From Acidobacteriota bacterium (GTDB lineage: Bacteria > Acidobacteriota > Thermoanaerobaculia > Thermoanaerobaculales > Sulfomarinibacteraceae), in NCBI GenBank assembly GCA_013152895.1, contig JAADFN010000181.1, positions 1,143-65,142 on the forward strand: DNA of 64,000 nucleotides, written 5' to 3'. The translations under genes were made by a program, and so were the position numbers. Below are positions 36,400-45,970 of this stretch, one piece after another (positions within the stretch are counted from its first letter, which is position 1; every line of letters begins with the position of its first letter). A model generated the notes under the pieces. It was not told the DNA's origin. It worked only from the letters and a program-made list of their open reading frames with translations, and did not search any database.

Positions 36400-37713
36400 A
36401 TGACCACCGAGGACCCCGGACGCACCGGTACGACGCCGCTGGCCGACCGGATGCGGCCGCAAAACCTCGACGAGGTCGTGGGGCAGGAAGCGCTCGTTGG
36501 TTCAGGCGGGATCCTGAGGAGGTTTGTCCAGAGCGGGGAATTTCCCTCGATGGTGCTGTGGGGGCCGCCGGGGTGTGGGAAGACGACGATCGCCCGCCTG
36601 CTCGCCCGGCTCGCCGGTGCCGAGGTCGTGACATTTTCCGCCGTGCTTTCCGGGGTCAAGGAGGCCCGGGCGGTCATGGCGGAGGCCAAGAGCCGCCGCG
36701 AGATGTTCGGGACGAAGACGGTACTGTTCGTCGACGAGATTCATCGGTTCAACCGCGCCCAGCAGGATGCGTTTCTGCCCTACGTCGAGTCGGGCGACAT
36801 CGTTCTGGTCGGCGCCACGACGGAGAACCCCTCGTTCGAGCTCAACCGGGCGCTGCTTTCCAGGTTGAAAGTCTATGTGCTGGAGGCACTGTCCGAGGAC
36901 GATCTCGTGAGCCTCCTCCAACGGGCGCTCAACGATTCCGAACGTGGCCTCGGAAACGTGGCCGTGTCCGTCGGTCGCGACGTTCTCGAGCTCATCGCCC
37001 GGCTCGGCGCGGGCGATGCCAGGCAGGCGCTCAACCACCTCGAGATGGCCGTGTCGGCGGCCGTTTCGGAGGGACGGGACGAGGTTGACCGCGAGCTCGT
37101 CAAGCGAGTCGCGCAGCGAATGCTGGCGGTCTACGACAAGGGGCGCGAGGAGCACTACAACTTGATCTCGGCGCTCCACAAGTCGATCCGGAACTCCGAC
37201 GTCGATGCGGCGCTCTACTGGCTCGGACGGATGCTCGAAGGCGGGGCGGACCCGAGATTCGTGGCGCGCAGGCTGCTGCGGGTTGCGTCGGAAGACGTCG
37301 GTATGGCCGACCCCCGGGCGCTGGAGCAGGCGTCCGCTGCCGCCCACGCCGTCGAGCACATCGGGATGCCGGAGTGCGAGCTGGCGCTGGCCCAGTGCGC
37401 CGTCTACCTCTGCCTGACGCCCAAATCGAACGCGCTGTATACGGCATACACGGCCGTCAAGAAGGAAATTGCCCGGCGCCCCGGATTGCCGGTGCCGCTC
37501 CATCTCCGCAACGCGCCCACCGCGATGATGAAGGAGCTTGGCTACGGGAAGGGATACCGCTACGCCCACGACGAACCGGGGCACGTCGCCGACATGGACT
37601 GCCTTCCTTCCGAGCTGGCAGGGACCACCTTCTACCGGCCGGCCGAGGAGGGGTGGGAGGCCCGGATCCGTCAGAGGCTCAAGGAGATCGCCGAGGCGAA
37701 GAGGCGGCGCTGA
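36400..37713 (+). CDS. rarA: Replication-associated recombination protein A (AAA+ ATPase)
   Basis: PLADRMRPQNLDEVVGQ, Walker A GPPGCGKTT, FVDEIHRFN, and the MgsA C-terminal region GYRYAHD. Confidence 0.9.
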   Translation: MTTEDPGRTGTTPLADRMRPQNLDEVVGQEALVGSGGILRRFVQSGEFPSMVLWGPPGCGKTTIARLLARLAGAEVVTFSAVLSGVKEARAVMAEAKSRREMFGTKTVLFVDEIHRFNRAQQDAFLPYVESGDIVLVGATTENPSFELNRALLSRLKVYVLEALSEDDLVSLLQRALNDSERGLGNVAVSVGRDVLELIARLGAGDARQALNHLEMAVSAAVSEGRDEVDRELVKRVAQRMLAVYDKGREEHYNLISALHKSIRNSDVDAALYWLGRMLEGGADPRFVARRLLRVASEDVGMADPRALEQASAAAHAVEHIGMPECELALAQCAVYLCLTPKSNALYTAYTAVKKEIARRPGLPVPLHLRNAPTAMMKELGYGKGYRYAHDEPGHVADMDCLPSELAGTTFYRPAEEGWEARIRQRLKEIAEAKRRR

Positions 37714-37724
37714 GCCCGGCCTGG

Positions 37725-38912
37725 CTATTCGGCCGGGTGTGGTGGATCGAACGCGGGGATGCCCGTCAGGTACTGGCCGAGGATCAACGTGTGGATGTCG
37801 TGTGTCCCCTCGTAGGTGTAGACCGTTTCCAGGTTCATCATGTGGCGCATGATCGGGTAGTCGTTGACGATGCCGTTGGCACCGTGGATCTCCCGCGCGA
37901 TCTTGGCGCACTCGCGCGCGACCCAGACGTTGTTCCGCTTGGCCAGCGAGACGGCCTGGTGGGTCATCGTCCCGGCGTCCTTCATACGTCCGAGCTGCAA
38001 CGCCAGGAGCTGCCCCTTGACGATCTCGGAGTACATCCATACCAGCTTTTCCTGCTGGAGCTGGTGAGCCGCAATCGGCCGTCCCCCGAACTGGATCCGC
38101 GTCGTGGCGTAGTCGAGCGCGGCGGAAAACGTGGCCATGGCGGAGCCGATGGCGCCCCAGGCGATGCCGTACCGCGCCTGTGTCAGGCACATCAACGGAT
38201 TCTTGAGCCCGGTCGTGCCGGGAAGGATGGCGTCTCCCGGAATCCGGCAGTCCTCGAGGACGAGCTGTGACGTGATCGATGCCCTGAGCGAGTACTTGCC
38301 CGTGTGATCGACCGTGGAGAAGCCCGTCGTGCCACGTTCGACGAGAAACCCGCGCACGCCATCGGGCGTCCGCGCCCAGACGACCGCGATGTCGGCGATC
38401 GAGCCGTTCGTGATCCACGCCTTTTCGCCGTTGAGCACCCAACCATCACCGTCCCGCACGGCCGTCGTCCGCATCCCGCCGGGGTTCGATCCGAAGTCGG
38501 GTTCCGTCAGCCCAAAGCATCCGATCGCCTCGCCGCGGCCGAGCCGCGGGATCCACCGGTCCTTCTGCTCCTTCGAGCCCCACTGCAGGATCGGGTACAT
38601 GACGAGCGCCGACTGTACCGAGATGAACGAGCGTAACCCCGAATCGGCGCGTTCGAGCTCCTGGTTGATCAGCCCGTACCCGACGCCCCCGAGGCCCGGC
38701 AGGCCGTACTCCGAGTAATTCGCGCCCAAGAGCCCGAGCTTCGCCATCTCGGGGATGAGCTCCCTGGGGAAATGCTCGTTCCACGCCCAGTCCTCGATGT
38801 TGGGAAGGATCCGGTCGGCCGCCCAGCGCCGGACCGTGTCGCGGATCATCCGCTCCTCCTCGGTGAGCAGCGCATCGACGTGGTAGAGATCGAGATCTTC
38901 AAGCTTCGGCAT
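37725..38912 (-). CDS. gcdH: Acyl-CoA dehydrogenase, glutaryl-CoA dehydrogenase-like
   Basis: Internal ATG at 38912 (MPKLEDLDLYHVDALLTEEE). CFGLTEPDFGSNPGGM, WITNGSIADIAVVWA and YEGTHDIHTLILG. The upstream 215 codons of the ORF are Pro/Ser/Arg junk. Confidence 0.85.
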   Translation of the reverse strand: MPKLEDLDLYHVDALLTEEERMIRDTVRRWAADRILPNIEDWAWNEHFPRELIPEMAKLGLLGANYSEYGLPGLGGVGYGLINQELERADSGLRSFISVQSALVMYPILQWGSKEQKDRWIPRLGRGEAIGCFGLTEPDFGSNPGGMRTTAVRDGDGWVLNGEKAWITNGSIADIAVVWARTPDGVRGFLVERGTTGFSTVDHTGKYSLRASITSQLVLEDCRIPGDAILPGTTGLKNPLMCLTQARYGIAWGAIGSAMATFSAALDYATTRIQFGGRPIAAHQLQQEKLVWMYSEIVKGQLLALQLGRMKDAGTMTHQAVSLAKRNNVWVARECAKIAREIHGANGIVNDYPIMRHMMNLETVYTYEGTHDIHTLILGQYLTGIPAFDPPHPAE

Positions 38913-39015
38913 GACGGCTCCCTCGCCTCCCGGGTGCCCGGGTTTCGCCATCATTCTGGCACAGCCCGCGGTAGCAAGGAAGGTCCGGCACCCGCCCGAG
39001 GCCTGGGGCCGCGGG

Positions 39016-40035
39016 TCAGAGCCAGCCGGCGAGGTTGTCGAGAGCGATGGCGGCGAGCGCTTCGACGTGGGCGGGGGTGTCGTTGAGCGCGGGGATGTAA
39101 CGGAGCTCGCCGCCCCCGGCGGCGTTGAACAGCGTGCGGTCTTCGATGGCGATTTCGTTGAGCGTTTCCAGGCAGTCGGCTGCAAATCCAGGGCAGAGGA
39201 CGTCGGCCGCCGCCACGCCTTCCCGTCCCCAGCGCTCGAGCGTCGCATCGGTGCACGGTTCGAGCCACGACTCGCGACCGAAGCGTGACTGGAATGAGAC
39301 CGTCCACGAGCCCTGGTCGAGCCCGAGCTCGCGCGCCAGTAACGACGCCGTTGCGGCGCACTCGGCCGGGTACGGGTCTCCGGCATCGGCATATCGCCGG
39401 GGGATGCTGTGAAAGGAAAGGAGGAAGCGCTGCCCGGGACCGTGCACGTGCCAGTGCGCGCGCACCGAGGCGGCGAGGGCGGCGATGTAGCGCGGGTCGG
39501 AGGCGTATCCGGAGATGGTGCGAATCGTGGGAACGTCGCGCCACCGGGCGAGCTCACGTCCTACCGCGTCGATCGCCGAACCGGTCGTGGTCGCCGAGCG
39601 CTGGGGAAACAGTGGCAGGACGAGGATCCGCGCGCACCCGGCTTCAGCCAGCTCACGCAACCCGGACGCCAGCGAGGGGCGGCCGTACCGCATGCCCATT
39701 CGGACGGGGACTGCCCGTCCCGCGGATGCGGCGATCTCGCGTTCCATCGCGTGCGCGAGGCGGCGCGTGATGGCGATCAACGGCGAACCACCGGGGGTCC
39801 AGATCTTTTCGTACCTGCGAGCGGAGCTGTGCGAGCGGTGGGGGAGGATAACGAGGTTGAGCAGGAGCCACCACGGCAGGCGCGGCGCCTCGACAACCCG
39901 CCGATCACTGAGGAACTGGCGTAGGTAACGGCGGACGGCGCGGGGTGCCGGAGCATCTGGTGAGCCCAGGTTGGTGACGAGTATGCCAGGCCTCGGCGGG
40001 GTGACACGGGCGCGGGACGACCAGTACGCGCCCAT
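39016..40035 (-). CDS. hemH: Ferrochelatase
   Basis: ILVTNLGSPDAP, YLRQFLSDRRVV, FSFHSIP and CPGFAADCLETL. Confidence 0.9.
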   Translation of the reverse strand: MGAYWSSRARVTPPRPGILVTNLGSPDAPAPRAVRRYLRQFLSDRRVVEAPRLPWWLLLNLVILPHRSHSSARRYEKIWTPGGSPLIAITRRLAHAMEREIAASAGRAVPVRMGMRYGRPSLASGLRELAEAGCARILVLPLFPQRSATTTGSAIDAVGRELARWRDVPTIRTISGYASDPRYIAALAASVRAHWHVHGPGQRFLLSFHSIPRRYADAGDPYPAECAATASLLARELGLDQGSWTVSFQSRFGRESWLEPCTDATLERWGREGVAAADVLCPGFAADCLETLNEIAIEDRTLFNAAGGGELRYIPALNDTPAHVEALAAIALDNLAGWL

Positions 40036-40186
40036 GTCAGGCGGCTCTCCCGGCGGCGGCGCGACGCGCGCCGGAATGATCCCTGGAGGCGGTTGTCGTC
40101 GCGTGGCGGACGGTGCATGCGCCGTTCATGGCAGTATTCTACGTTGTTCCGGGCTCTATCTGTCACCATTCCAGATTCCATTGGGC

Positions 40187-41095
40187 TTACCGCAAGAAGA
40201 GGAGAACGCCTCCGAGCACAGCGACCAGCGCTCCGGCGACGGCGATCGGCCGGGGCCGGTCGTGATAGGCGATCCACGAAGGGATGAGAATCGTCACCGG
40301 CGTCGTTCCTATGAGAGCCTGGGCGACGCCGGCCTCGGCGTTCTTGATCGCCACGAGCGAGAGCCAGACACCGAGCACCGGTCCCACGACGATGCCCGTC
40401 CCGAGCGCGGGCCATGCCTCCCGGTTCCGCAGGCTCCTGAGCGTTGCCGGCAGCCTGCCGATCAGAAGGGTGAGCAGGAACAGGCCCACGGTGGCCCACA
40501 CCATGCGTAACAACGTCGCCGGGAGTGGATCGAGGGACCGCATCCCCACCTTGGCGAAAGTCGCCCCGAGCCCCTGTCCCGCTGCGCCGAGGAAGGCGGC
40601 CGAAAAGCCCCGACGGACGGTCGCCGGGGACTGATGGCGGAAAACCTCTCCGCCGTCATCGCGCCCGACCGTCGCCAACGCCACGCCGCCGATGATCACC
40701 GTGATTCCGGCCAGGGCGATCAGGCTCAGATGCTCGTGGAGCAAGATCCAGGCGCTGATGACCGTGACGATCGGCGCCGTGGACATCACCAGGAGCGAGC
40801 GCCGCGGCCCGATCATCGTAAATGACGTGAAGAGGAACATGTCCCCCAGTGTCAGTCCGGTGATCCCGCTCAGCCCGAGCCAGAAGTGTTCGTGAAGACC
40901 CGCCGAGACCGGCCACGGCGATCCGGTGGCGATCCAGAGACTTGCCGAGAGAAGCACGACGGCGAGGGGCAACCGGGCGAAATTGACCGCCCACGCCCCG
41001 ATCTTCCTGCCAGCGGACGTGAACACGATCGCCGTCAACGCCCAGAGAACAGACGTGATGACTGCCGCGATCTCGCCGAGGCTGAGAGCCGTCAC
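40187..41095 (-). CDS. EamA/DMT-family transporter
   Basis: Ten predicted TM helices in two EamA-like halves, 302 aa. Confidence 0.8.
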   Translation of the reverse strand: MTALSLGEIAAVITSVLWALTAIVFTSAGRKIGAWAVNFARLPLAVVLLSASLWIATGSPWPVSAGLHEHFWLGLSGITGLTLGDMFLFTSFTMIGPRRSLLVMSTAPIVTVISAWILLHEHLSLIALAGITVIIGGVALATVGRDDGGEVFRHQSPATVRRGFSAAFLGAAGQGLGATFAKVGMRSLDPLPATLLRMVWATVGLFLLTLLIGRLPATLRSLRNREAWPALGTGIVVGPVLGVWLSLVAIKNAEAGVAQALIGTTPVTILIPSWIAYHDRPRPIAVAGALVAVLGGVLLFLR

Positions 41096-41188
41096 GAATC
41101 ACACCCGGGCGCGAAAGCCATGCGCATGCCCAGATCCTACCGCACCGCACCCAGGGCGCACAGCCGCGCCAACGCCGGAAGCCGGGGA

Positions 41189-42829
41189 TCAGGGAGCGAC
41201 GGCCAGGGTTCGTGCAGGAGCGGGGAGCCGGCCGATATGCACCTTCTGGGCCCTGGTGCGCCCGTCCGGCCAGCGGATGGTCAACGTGTGGTCGCCGGAG
41301 GGAACCTTGACCTTGATGAGCGGAAGCTTGCCAAGCTTCTTGCCGTCAAAGAACGCGGTAGCGCCTGCCGGAGCGCCGATGTCATAGACCACCGTAAGCT
41401 CTCCCACGTTCAGCAGGAGCGAGATGGTTTTCGTCCTCCACGTCACGTTCCTGTCAAACGATCTCGCGCCAAACCCGGGGAGGGACAGGGTGAACCGGTG
41501 CCGCCCCTGGGAGAGCCGGAGCTTTTTGATCTGAACCCGCCGTCTTCCGATCCGCTTTCCATCGATGCGAAGCATCGCTGGTGGGTCGATGAGCACGCGC
41601 ACCGAAACGGGTCCGCTCGGCGTGGGGGTGGCGGTTGGGGTCGGCGTCATGGTGGGCGTTGGTGTCGCGGATGGTGTCGGCGTCGGCGTCGGTGGAGGCG
41701 TCGGCGTTGGTGTCGGCGTCGGCGTCGGGATCCATGGAGCGCCCGCGGGTCCGAAGACGAAGGTTTGTGCGCGGGGAGAGAAGTACAGGAACCCCGCGGC
41801 GCCAGCGAGTAGCACGAGCATAACGATAAACAGGATCCAAGCGGGGCTCGAGCTTGAGACTTCGTTCATGGCCGGCTCGAGATGTTTGAGCGGGACGGAA
41901 TCGGGCGTTTCCATCCTGGCTGGAAGCGGCTCGGTCGAGGGGAGGTTGCTGGTCGTCCGTTTCTGTTTCATCGTGACGATGGCGTCACGGAGAATCGCGG
42001 GAGGATCGTGCTCCTCCGCGTCGAACGGCTCGACACGGCGAAGGGCCTCGGCAAGGTCGTTGGCCGAGGCAAAGCGTTCGTCCGGATCCTTGGCCAAACA
42101 CCTGAGGATGATGTCTTCCAGCGCCTGTGGACACCATGCAGCCCTGACCCGTGGCGGTTCGGGAACTTCATTGACGATCTTGTAGAGGATGTTGCTCAGG
42201 GAGTTTCCCTGGAAGGGAGAGACGCCCGTGATGAGCTCGTAGGCCACGGCTCCGACAGAGAACAGGTCCGAACGCCGGTCGAGGCCCGTCCCCTGAATCT
42301 GCTCAGGCGAAAGATATCCCGCGGTGCCAAGGGCGACACCGGTCTGCGTCAGGCGGCTGACGTCGCCGATCGACTTCGCAATCCCGAAATCCATGAGCTT
42401 GACGAGACCATCCTCCAGCACGTGGATGTTCGAGGGCTTGATGTCCCGGTGAATGACGCCGCGCGAGTGAGCGAACTCGAGGCCCTCGCAGACCTGGAGA
42501 AGCAGTGCGATGACGGCCAAGGGGTTCTCGTCGAACAGGTGCGCCCCCAGGAGCTCGTCGACGTCGTACCCGTTGAGGAGCTCCTGGACGAGGTACGGCA
42601 CCTCGTCCTCGATGCCGAAATCGAAAATGAGCGTGATGTTGGGATGGACGAGGTTCCCGACGAACTGGGCTTCCTTGAAGAACCTCTTCCGGATCTCGGG
42701 ATCGGGCGTCGCGCAGGTCTTGATGGCAACGTACCGCTTGATGAAGGGATCCCACGCCTTGTAGATGATGCCGAAGCCGCCCATGGCGATCTTGTCTCGG
42801 ATCTCGTACTTTCCGATGTGCTTCAGCAT
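41189..42829 (-). CDS. Ser/Thr protein kinase with a TM segment, a Pro-Thr linker and two PEGA-like extracytoplasmic domains
   Basis: Hanks motifs GGFGIIYKA, VAIK, HRDIKPSNI, DFGIA and GTAGYLSPE. TM segment WILFIVMLVLLAGAAGFLYF. PEGA-like motif VPSGDHTLTIRWPDG. Confidence 0.9.
   Translation of the reverse strand: MLKHIGKYEIRDKIAMGGFGIIYKAWDPFIKRYVAIKTCATPDPEIRKRFFKEAQFVGNLVHPNITLIFDFGIEDEVPYLVQELLNGYDVDELLGAHLFDENPLAVIALLLQVCEGLEFAHSRGVIHRDIKPSNIHVLEDGLVKLMDFGIAKSIGDVSRLTQTGVALGTAGYLSPEQIQGTGLDRRSDLFSVGAVAYELITGVSPFQGNSLSNILYKIVNEVPEPPRVRAAWCPQALEDIILRCLAKDPDERFASANDLAEALRRVEPFDAEEHDPPAILRDAIVTMKQKRTTSNLPSTEPLPARMETPDSVPLKHLEPAMNEVSSSSPAWILFIVMLVLLAGAAGFLYFSPRAQTFVFGPAGAPWIPTPTPTPTPTPPPTPTPTPSATPTPTMTPTPTATPTPSGPVSVRVLIDPPAMLRIDGKRIGRRRVQIKKLRLSQGRHRFTLSLPGFGARSFDRNVTWRTKTISLLLNVGELTVVYDIGAPAGATAFFDGKKLGKLPLIKVKVPSGDHTLTIRWPDGRTRAQKVHIGRLPAPARTLAVAP
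41620..41730 (-). repeat. Imperfect hexanucleotide (GGCGTC/GGTGTC)n tract encoding the (PT)n linker of the kinase
   Basis: Plus strand reads ...ggtgtcggcgtcggcgtcggtggaggcgtcggcgttggtgtcggcgtcggcgtcggg. It translates on the minus strand to PTPTPTPTPTPPPTPTPTPSATPTPTMTPTPTATPTP. Confidence 0.8.
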
Positions 42830-42945
42830 GTGCCCACGTCCTCTCCGTAGACGTATTATTCACGAGTTGGCGCGAATAATAAAGGAGGCCGTCCCCGGGA
42901 GACTCGATCGCTGATACGCACGGTGGCGCGGGGAAGCCGGCGGGC

Positions 42946-43650
42946 TCATGTCAGCCGGAGGCTGTCGAGCTCGATCGTCTGCTGCGTTTGCCGTACCTTG
43001 ATGATGGTACGGGGCGGATAGAACCCTCCGCGGAGGGTGGCGTTCGGGTAGGTGATCGAGCCGGGACCCAGCAGGACACCCGGGTTGAGGACCGTGTTAC
43101 AGCCCGTCTTGACGCCGTCGCCCAGGATGGCGCCGAACTTTCTCAAGCCGGTGTGGATCACCTCGCCACCGATGCGCATGGTGACCTCGCGGCCAACGTT
43201 CTTGACGTTCGAGAGGATGGTGCCGGCACCGAGATTGACATCCCGGCCGAGGATCGAGTCACCGACGTACGCCTGGTGGGGTGCCTTGGCGCCGGGGAAC
43301 AGGATGGCGCCCTTGACCTCGGTATGGGCGCCGACGAGCGATCCCTCTCCCAGGATCACGTGTTGACGGACGTATGCGCCGGTCCGGATCTGGGCGTTGG
43401 CCCCAATGATTGCGGGGCCGATGATCACGGCGCCGGGTTCGATGTGACACCCCTCGGCGATGTGGACCCGTGAGCCGAGGATGTGGACCCCTTCGGGCAG
43501 GTTGATCTGGATCGACCAGTCCTCCCACGCGTCGAGGTAGGTGGCAAGCTGGGCGCCGAGGGCGGACCAGGCAGGTTGACCCGCCGCGAAGATGCGGGCA
43601 TGCAGCCAGCCCTCGAGGGAGAAGAATGTGCCGGGCGAAAAATCCTGCAT
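42946..43650 (-). CDS. Left-handed beta-helix (hexapeptide-repeat) transferase, GlmU C-terminal-like
   Basis: The ATG at 43650 lies 6 nt after GGAGG and overlaps the upstream TGA. Repeated [LIV]G..[AV].I hexapeptides (IGPAIIGANAQIRTGAYV..., LGRDVNLGAGTILSN). Confidence 0.7.
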   Translation of the reverse strand: MQDFSPGTFFSLEGWLHARIFAAGQPAWSALGAQLATYLDAWEDWSIQINLPEGVHILGSRVHIAEGCHIEPGAVIIGPAIIGANAQIRTGAYVRQHVILGEGSLVGAHTEVKGAILFPGAKAPHQAYVGDSILGRDVNLGAGTILSNVKNVGREVTMRIGGEVIHTGLRKFGAILGDGVKTGCNTVLNPGVLLGPGSITYPNATLRGGFYPPRTIIKVRQTQQTIELDSLRLT

Positions 43651-44879
43651 CACGTACCTCCTCGCGTATCACCGGTCCGCCGGACGACCACGACCGTCTG
43701 GTCGTCCTCCAGCGGCCGGTTTTCACTGAACGATGATACGGCGTCGAAGATCGTGCCGATGATCTTCGACGCCGGCATGTCGCCCAGTCCCCCGACCAGC
43801 TTTTCGAGACGCGCCACGGAGAACTCCTCGTCGTTGCCCGGGTGGTGGGCCTCGGTGATTCCGTCGGTGTACAGAACGAAGAAGTCGCCCGGCGCCATGT
43901 GAAAGAGGTCAAAGCAGTACCGGCTATCCGGCATCGGGCCGAGAATCATGCCCCCCGTGCTGAGCTCCTCGATCGTTCCGGTCTTTCTGACGAGGAGACC
44001 GGGGGGATGCCCCGCGTTGCAGTACACGACGCCGCCGCCGACCTGCAGCTCTGCGAGGAAGAGCGACACGAACTTCGTCGCCAGCCTGCTCCGGTGGATG
44101 ATGCTGTTGAGCCGCTCAAGCGTCCTGGTGATCTTGAACTCCCGCGAGAGTCCCATTCTCAAGCCGGTGTAGACGTCTCTGACCTGCAGCGCGGCGGGCA
44201 ACCCGTGGCCCGTTGCATCGGCGATGACGACGTTGACGGTCATGTCGGTCAGGGTGATGAAATCGTAGAAATCTCCACCGACGACCTCGGCGGGAATTGT
44301 GCGGGCCGCCATGTCGAAACCTTCGTACTTGGGAATTCGGCTTGGAAGGATCGATTCTTGAATACGGCGGGCCTCTTCCAGGATCTCGTACATCCGTTCC
44401 TCGCGAAGCTTCTGGTTGATGGCAAGCCGCACGATATTGAGGATCGCGATGAGGTCTTCCTGGGCCGAGCTGGCCGGGGCGACGTCGAACGAGAGTGCAT
44501 ACCTCCTGTCCGCGACCATGATCGCGGCAAAATGATCCCGCGTCCCGATCTCGGATTCGAGCGAGGCGTCCAGGCCGGTGTCCGAAAGCGACATGCTGAC
44601 GCAGCCCTCGTCGTACAGACGCTCAAAAGGATGGTAATCGGTGGGGATCCGGAGCCCGAGCGGCGCCCTCGTCACCGTGCCAAACGTGCCGACGAGCTCG
44701 TAGTTCCCGAAATCATCCCGGGCGTAAATGCGTCCCCCCGTGATGCCAAGATCGTCGGAAAAGCTTTCGACGAGGAACTGGGCGGTCTGCCGGATCGTCT
44801 CGAGCGGCGTGGAGGCGTTGGCTATGGTCTCCAGAGCGCGTTCGATTCGGCGGAAAAGTGAAACCGGGCGGCGCGGCAT
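43650..44879 (-). CDS. GAF-domain PP2C-type (SpoIIE/RsbU-like) phosphatase
   Basis: C-terminal PPM motifs GGDFYDF, IADATGHG and LYTDGITEA. The N-terminal ~170 aa are GAF-like. Confidence 0.8.
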   Translation of the reverse strand: MPRRPVSLFRRIERALETIANASTPLETIRQTAQFLVESFSDDLGITGGRIYARDDFGNYELVGTFGTVTRAPLGLRIPTDYHPFERLYDEGCVSMSLSDTGLDASLESEIGTRDHFAAIMVADRRYALSFDVAPASSAQEDLIAILNIVRLAINQKLREERMYEILEEARRIQESILPSRIPKYEGFDMAARTIPAEVVGGDFYDFITLTDMTVNVVIADATGHGLPAALQVRDVYTGLRMGLSREFKITRTLERLNSIIHRSRLATKFVSLFLAELQVGGGVVYCNAGHPPGLLVRKTGTIEELSTGGMILGPMPDSRYCFDLFHMAPGDFFVLYTDGITEAHHPGNDEEFSVARLEKLVGGLGDMPASKIIGTIFDAVSSFSENRPLEDDQTVVVVRRTGDTRGGT

Positions 44880-45055
44880 GCCGGAATAATGTCACGGGTT
44901 TTGCGTTTGCACAAGACGGTGGCCGGGGAATATAGCCGATGGGTATCCCTCGCCACGACCGGAATCCAAAACAGCCCGGGAAAGCTCTGGGGGCGAGCCT
45001 CAACGAGCTTGTGTACAATTGTGCCCCGGCGAGCTCCTTCGCCTTGGAGGTCTTG

Positions 45056-45538
45056 GTGAAAGCCCTTATCGGAACGAGCGTATTGATCGTGATGGGCGCT
45101 GTGATGGCGCTGACAACGGCCGGATGCCACCGGGGCATCTCCGAAGAATCGGCGCCTCCCGTGCTTGCGTCCCACAGTGAGGGAAGCGTGGACTGGACGA
45201 GAAGCTGGGACGCTGCGGTCAAAAAGGCGCGGTCGAAGAATAGAACGATCCTGATCGACTTTTATGCCGATTGGTGCATCTGGTGCCGGCGGCTCGATGC
45301 GACCACCTACCGCGATCCCAAGGTCGTGGCATTCCTGACTGATCGCGTGGTAGCCACGAAGCTGAACGTCGACAAAAGAGAGGGCCGCAGCCTGTCCACC
45401 AAGTACCACGTTGACGGGCTCCCGACCATCCTGCTCCTGTCTGCGGACGGCCGCGAGCTCGGAAGGATCCCCGGTTACATGCCCGCCGGACAGTTCCTCG
45501 ACCGCCTAAACCAGATTCTCGGAACGGCCTCCAGGTAA
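45056..45538 (+). CDS. Thioredoxin-fold lipoprotein (DsbD-gamma / thioredoxin_7-like)
   Basis: The GTG at 45056 lies 6 nt after GGAGG. Lipobox ALTTAGC. Redox motif FYADWCIWCRRLD. Confidence 0.7.
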   Translation: MKALIGTSVLIVMGAVMALTTAGCHRGISEESAPPVLASHSEGSVDWTRSWDAAVKKARSKNRTILIDFYADWCIWCRRLDATTYRDPKVVAFLTDRVVATKLNVDKREGRSLSTKYHVDGLPTILLLSADGRELGRIPGYMPAGQFLDRLNQILGTASR

Positions 45539-45552
45539 GATCCCGGGGGATC
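45539..45552. other. Perfect 14-nt palindrome GATCCC-GG-GGGATC between the convergent stop codons
   Basis: Read directly at 45539..45552, between TAA (45536-45538) and the minus-strand TGA (45551-45553). It could act as a bidirectional hairpin. There is no U tract. Confidence 0.25.
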
Positions 45553-45970
45553 AACTGGAAGAGCGGGCGGGCTGGGTGAAGATCTCGGCGAAGCTGGTAT
45601 CTTCTGACAGCAGGGCGGGGCAGTCGCGAGCCGTGAGCCATGCGTGGTAGAGCCTGGTATTGCCGGCCTTCTTGATGCCGAGGTGGAGCTCCGGCTCGAG
45701 GCCGCAGCGGGACCAGAGGTCGAGGAGAATGAGTGAGCGCTTGAGGCATCGTCCCATGTGACGTGGGGGAAGGAACGAAGCGGTACGAGAGACGAGCGCA
45801 CCGGCGACAACGGGATCACGGAGAGGACGTGGGAGGGGAGAGACGCCGGAAAGCCACGCAGGAAGCTCGTCGAGGCCGTGCCGGCGGTAGCCGAAGGCGA
45901 CGCGAGCGGCGGCGAGCCCGACCCACGGGAGCAGGCAAAGCGCGCGAACCGCATTCCTTCTCATGCTCAT
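45551..45970 (-). CDS. Lasso-peptide B2-type transglutaminase-like cysteine protease (Transglut_core3-like)
   Basis: The ATG at 45970 is in an ATGA overlap with the upstream stop. MGRCLKRSLILLDLWSRCGLEPELHLGI...RLYHAWLTARD matches the Cys...His...Asp layout of lasso B2 proteins. 139 aa. Confidence 0.7.
   Translation of the reverse strand: MSMRRNAVRALCLLPWVGLAAARVAFGYRRHGLDELPAWLSGVSPLPRPLRDPVVAGALVSRTASFLPPRHMGRCLKRSLILLDLWSRCGLEPELHLGIKKAGNTRLYHAWLTARDCPALLSEDTSFAEIFTQPARSSS

Noticed and set aside
38913-39557. The 215-codon N-terminal extension of the acyl-CoA dehydrogenase ORF. Similar extensions occur on ORFs 26886..28451, 17412..18737, 45551..46225, 6907..8142, 8975..10285 and 23495..24640.
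   Set aside because: The extensions are Pro/Ser/Arg-rich and overlap neighbouring genes. Internal starts with Shine-Dalgarno-like GGAGG motifs, or start/stop overlaps, coincide with the expected family N-termini.
41620-41730. The hexanucleotide repeat tract, considered as a CRISPR array or minisatellite.
   Set aside because: It lies inside the kinase CDS and encodes the in-frame PT linker. The units are 6 nt with no spacers.
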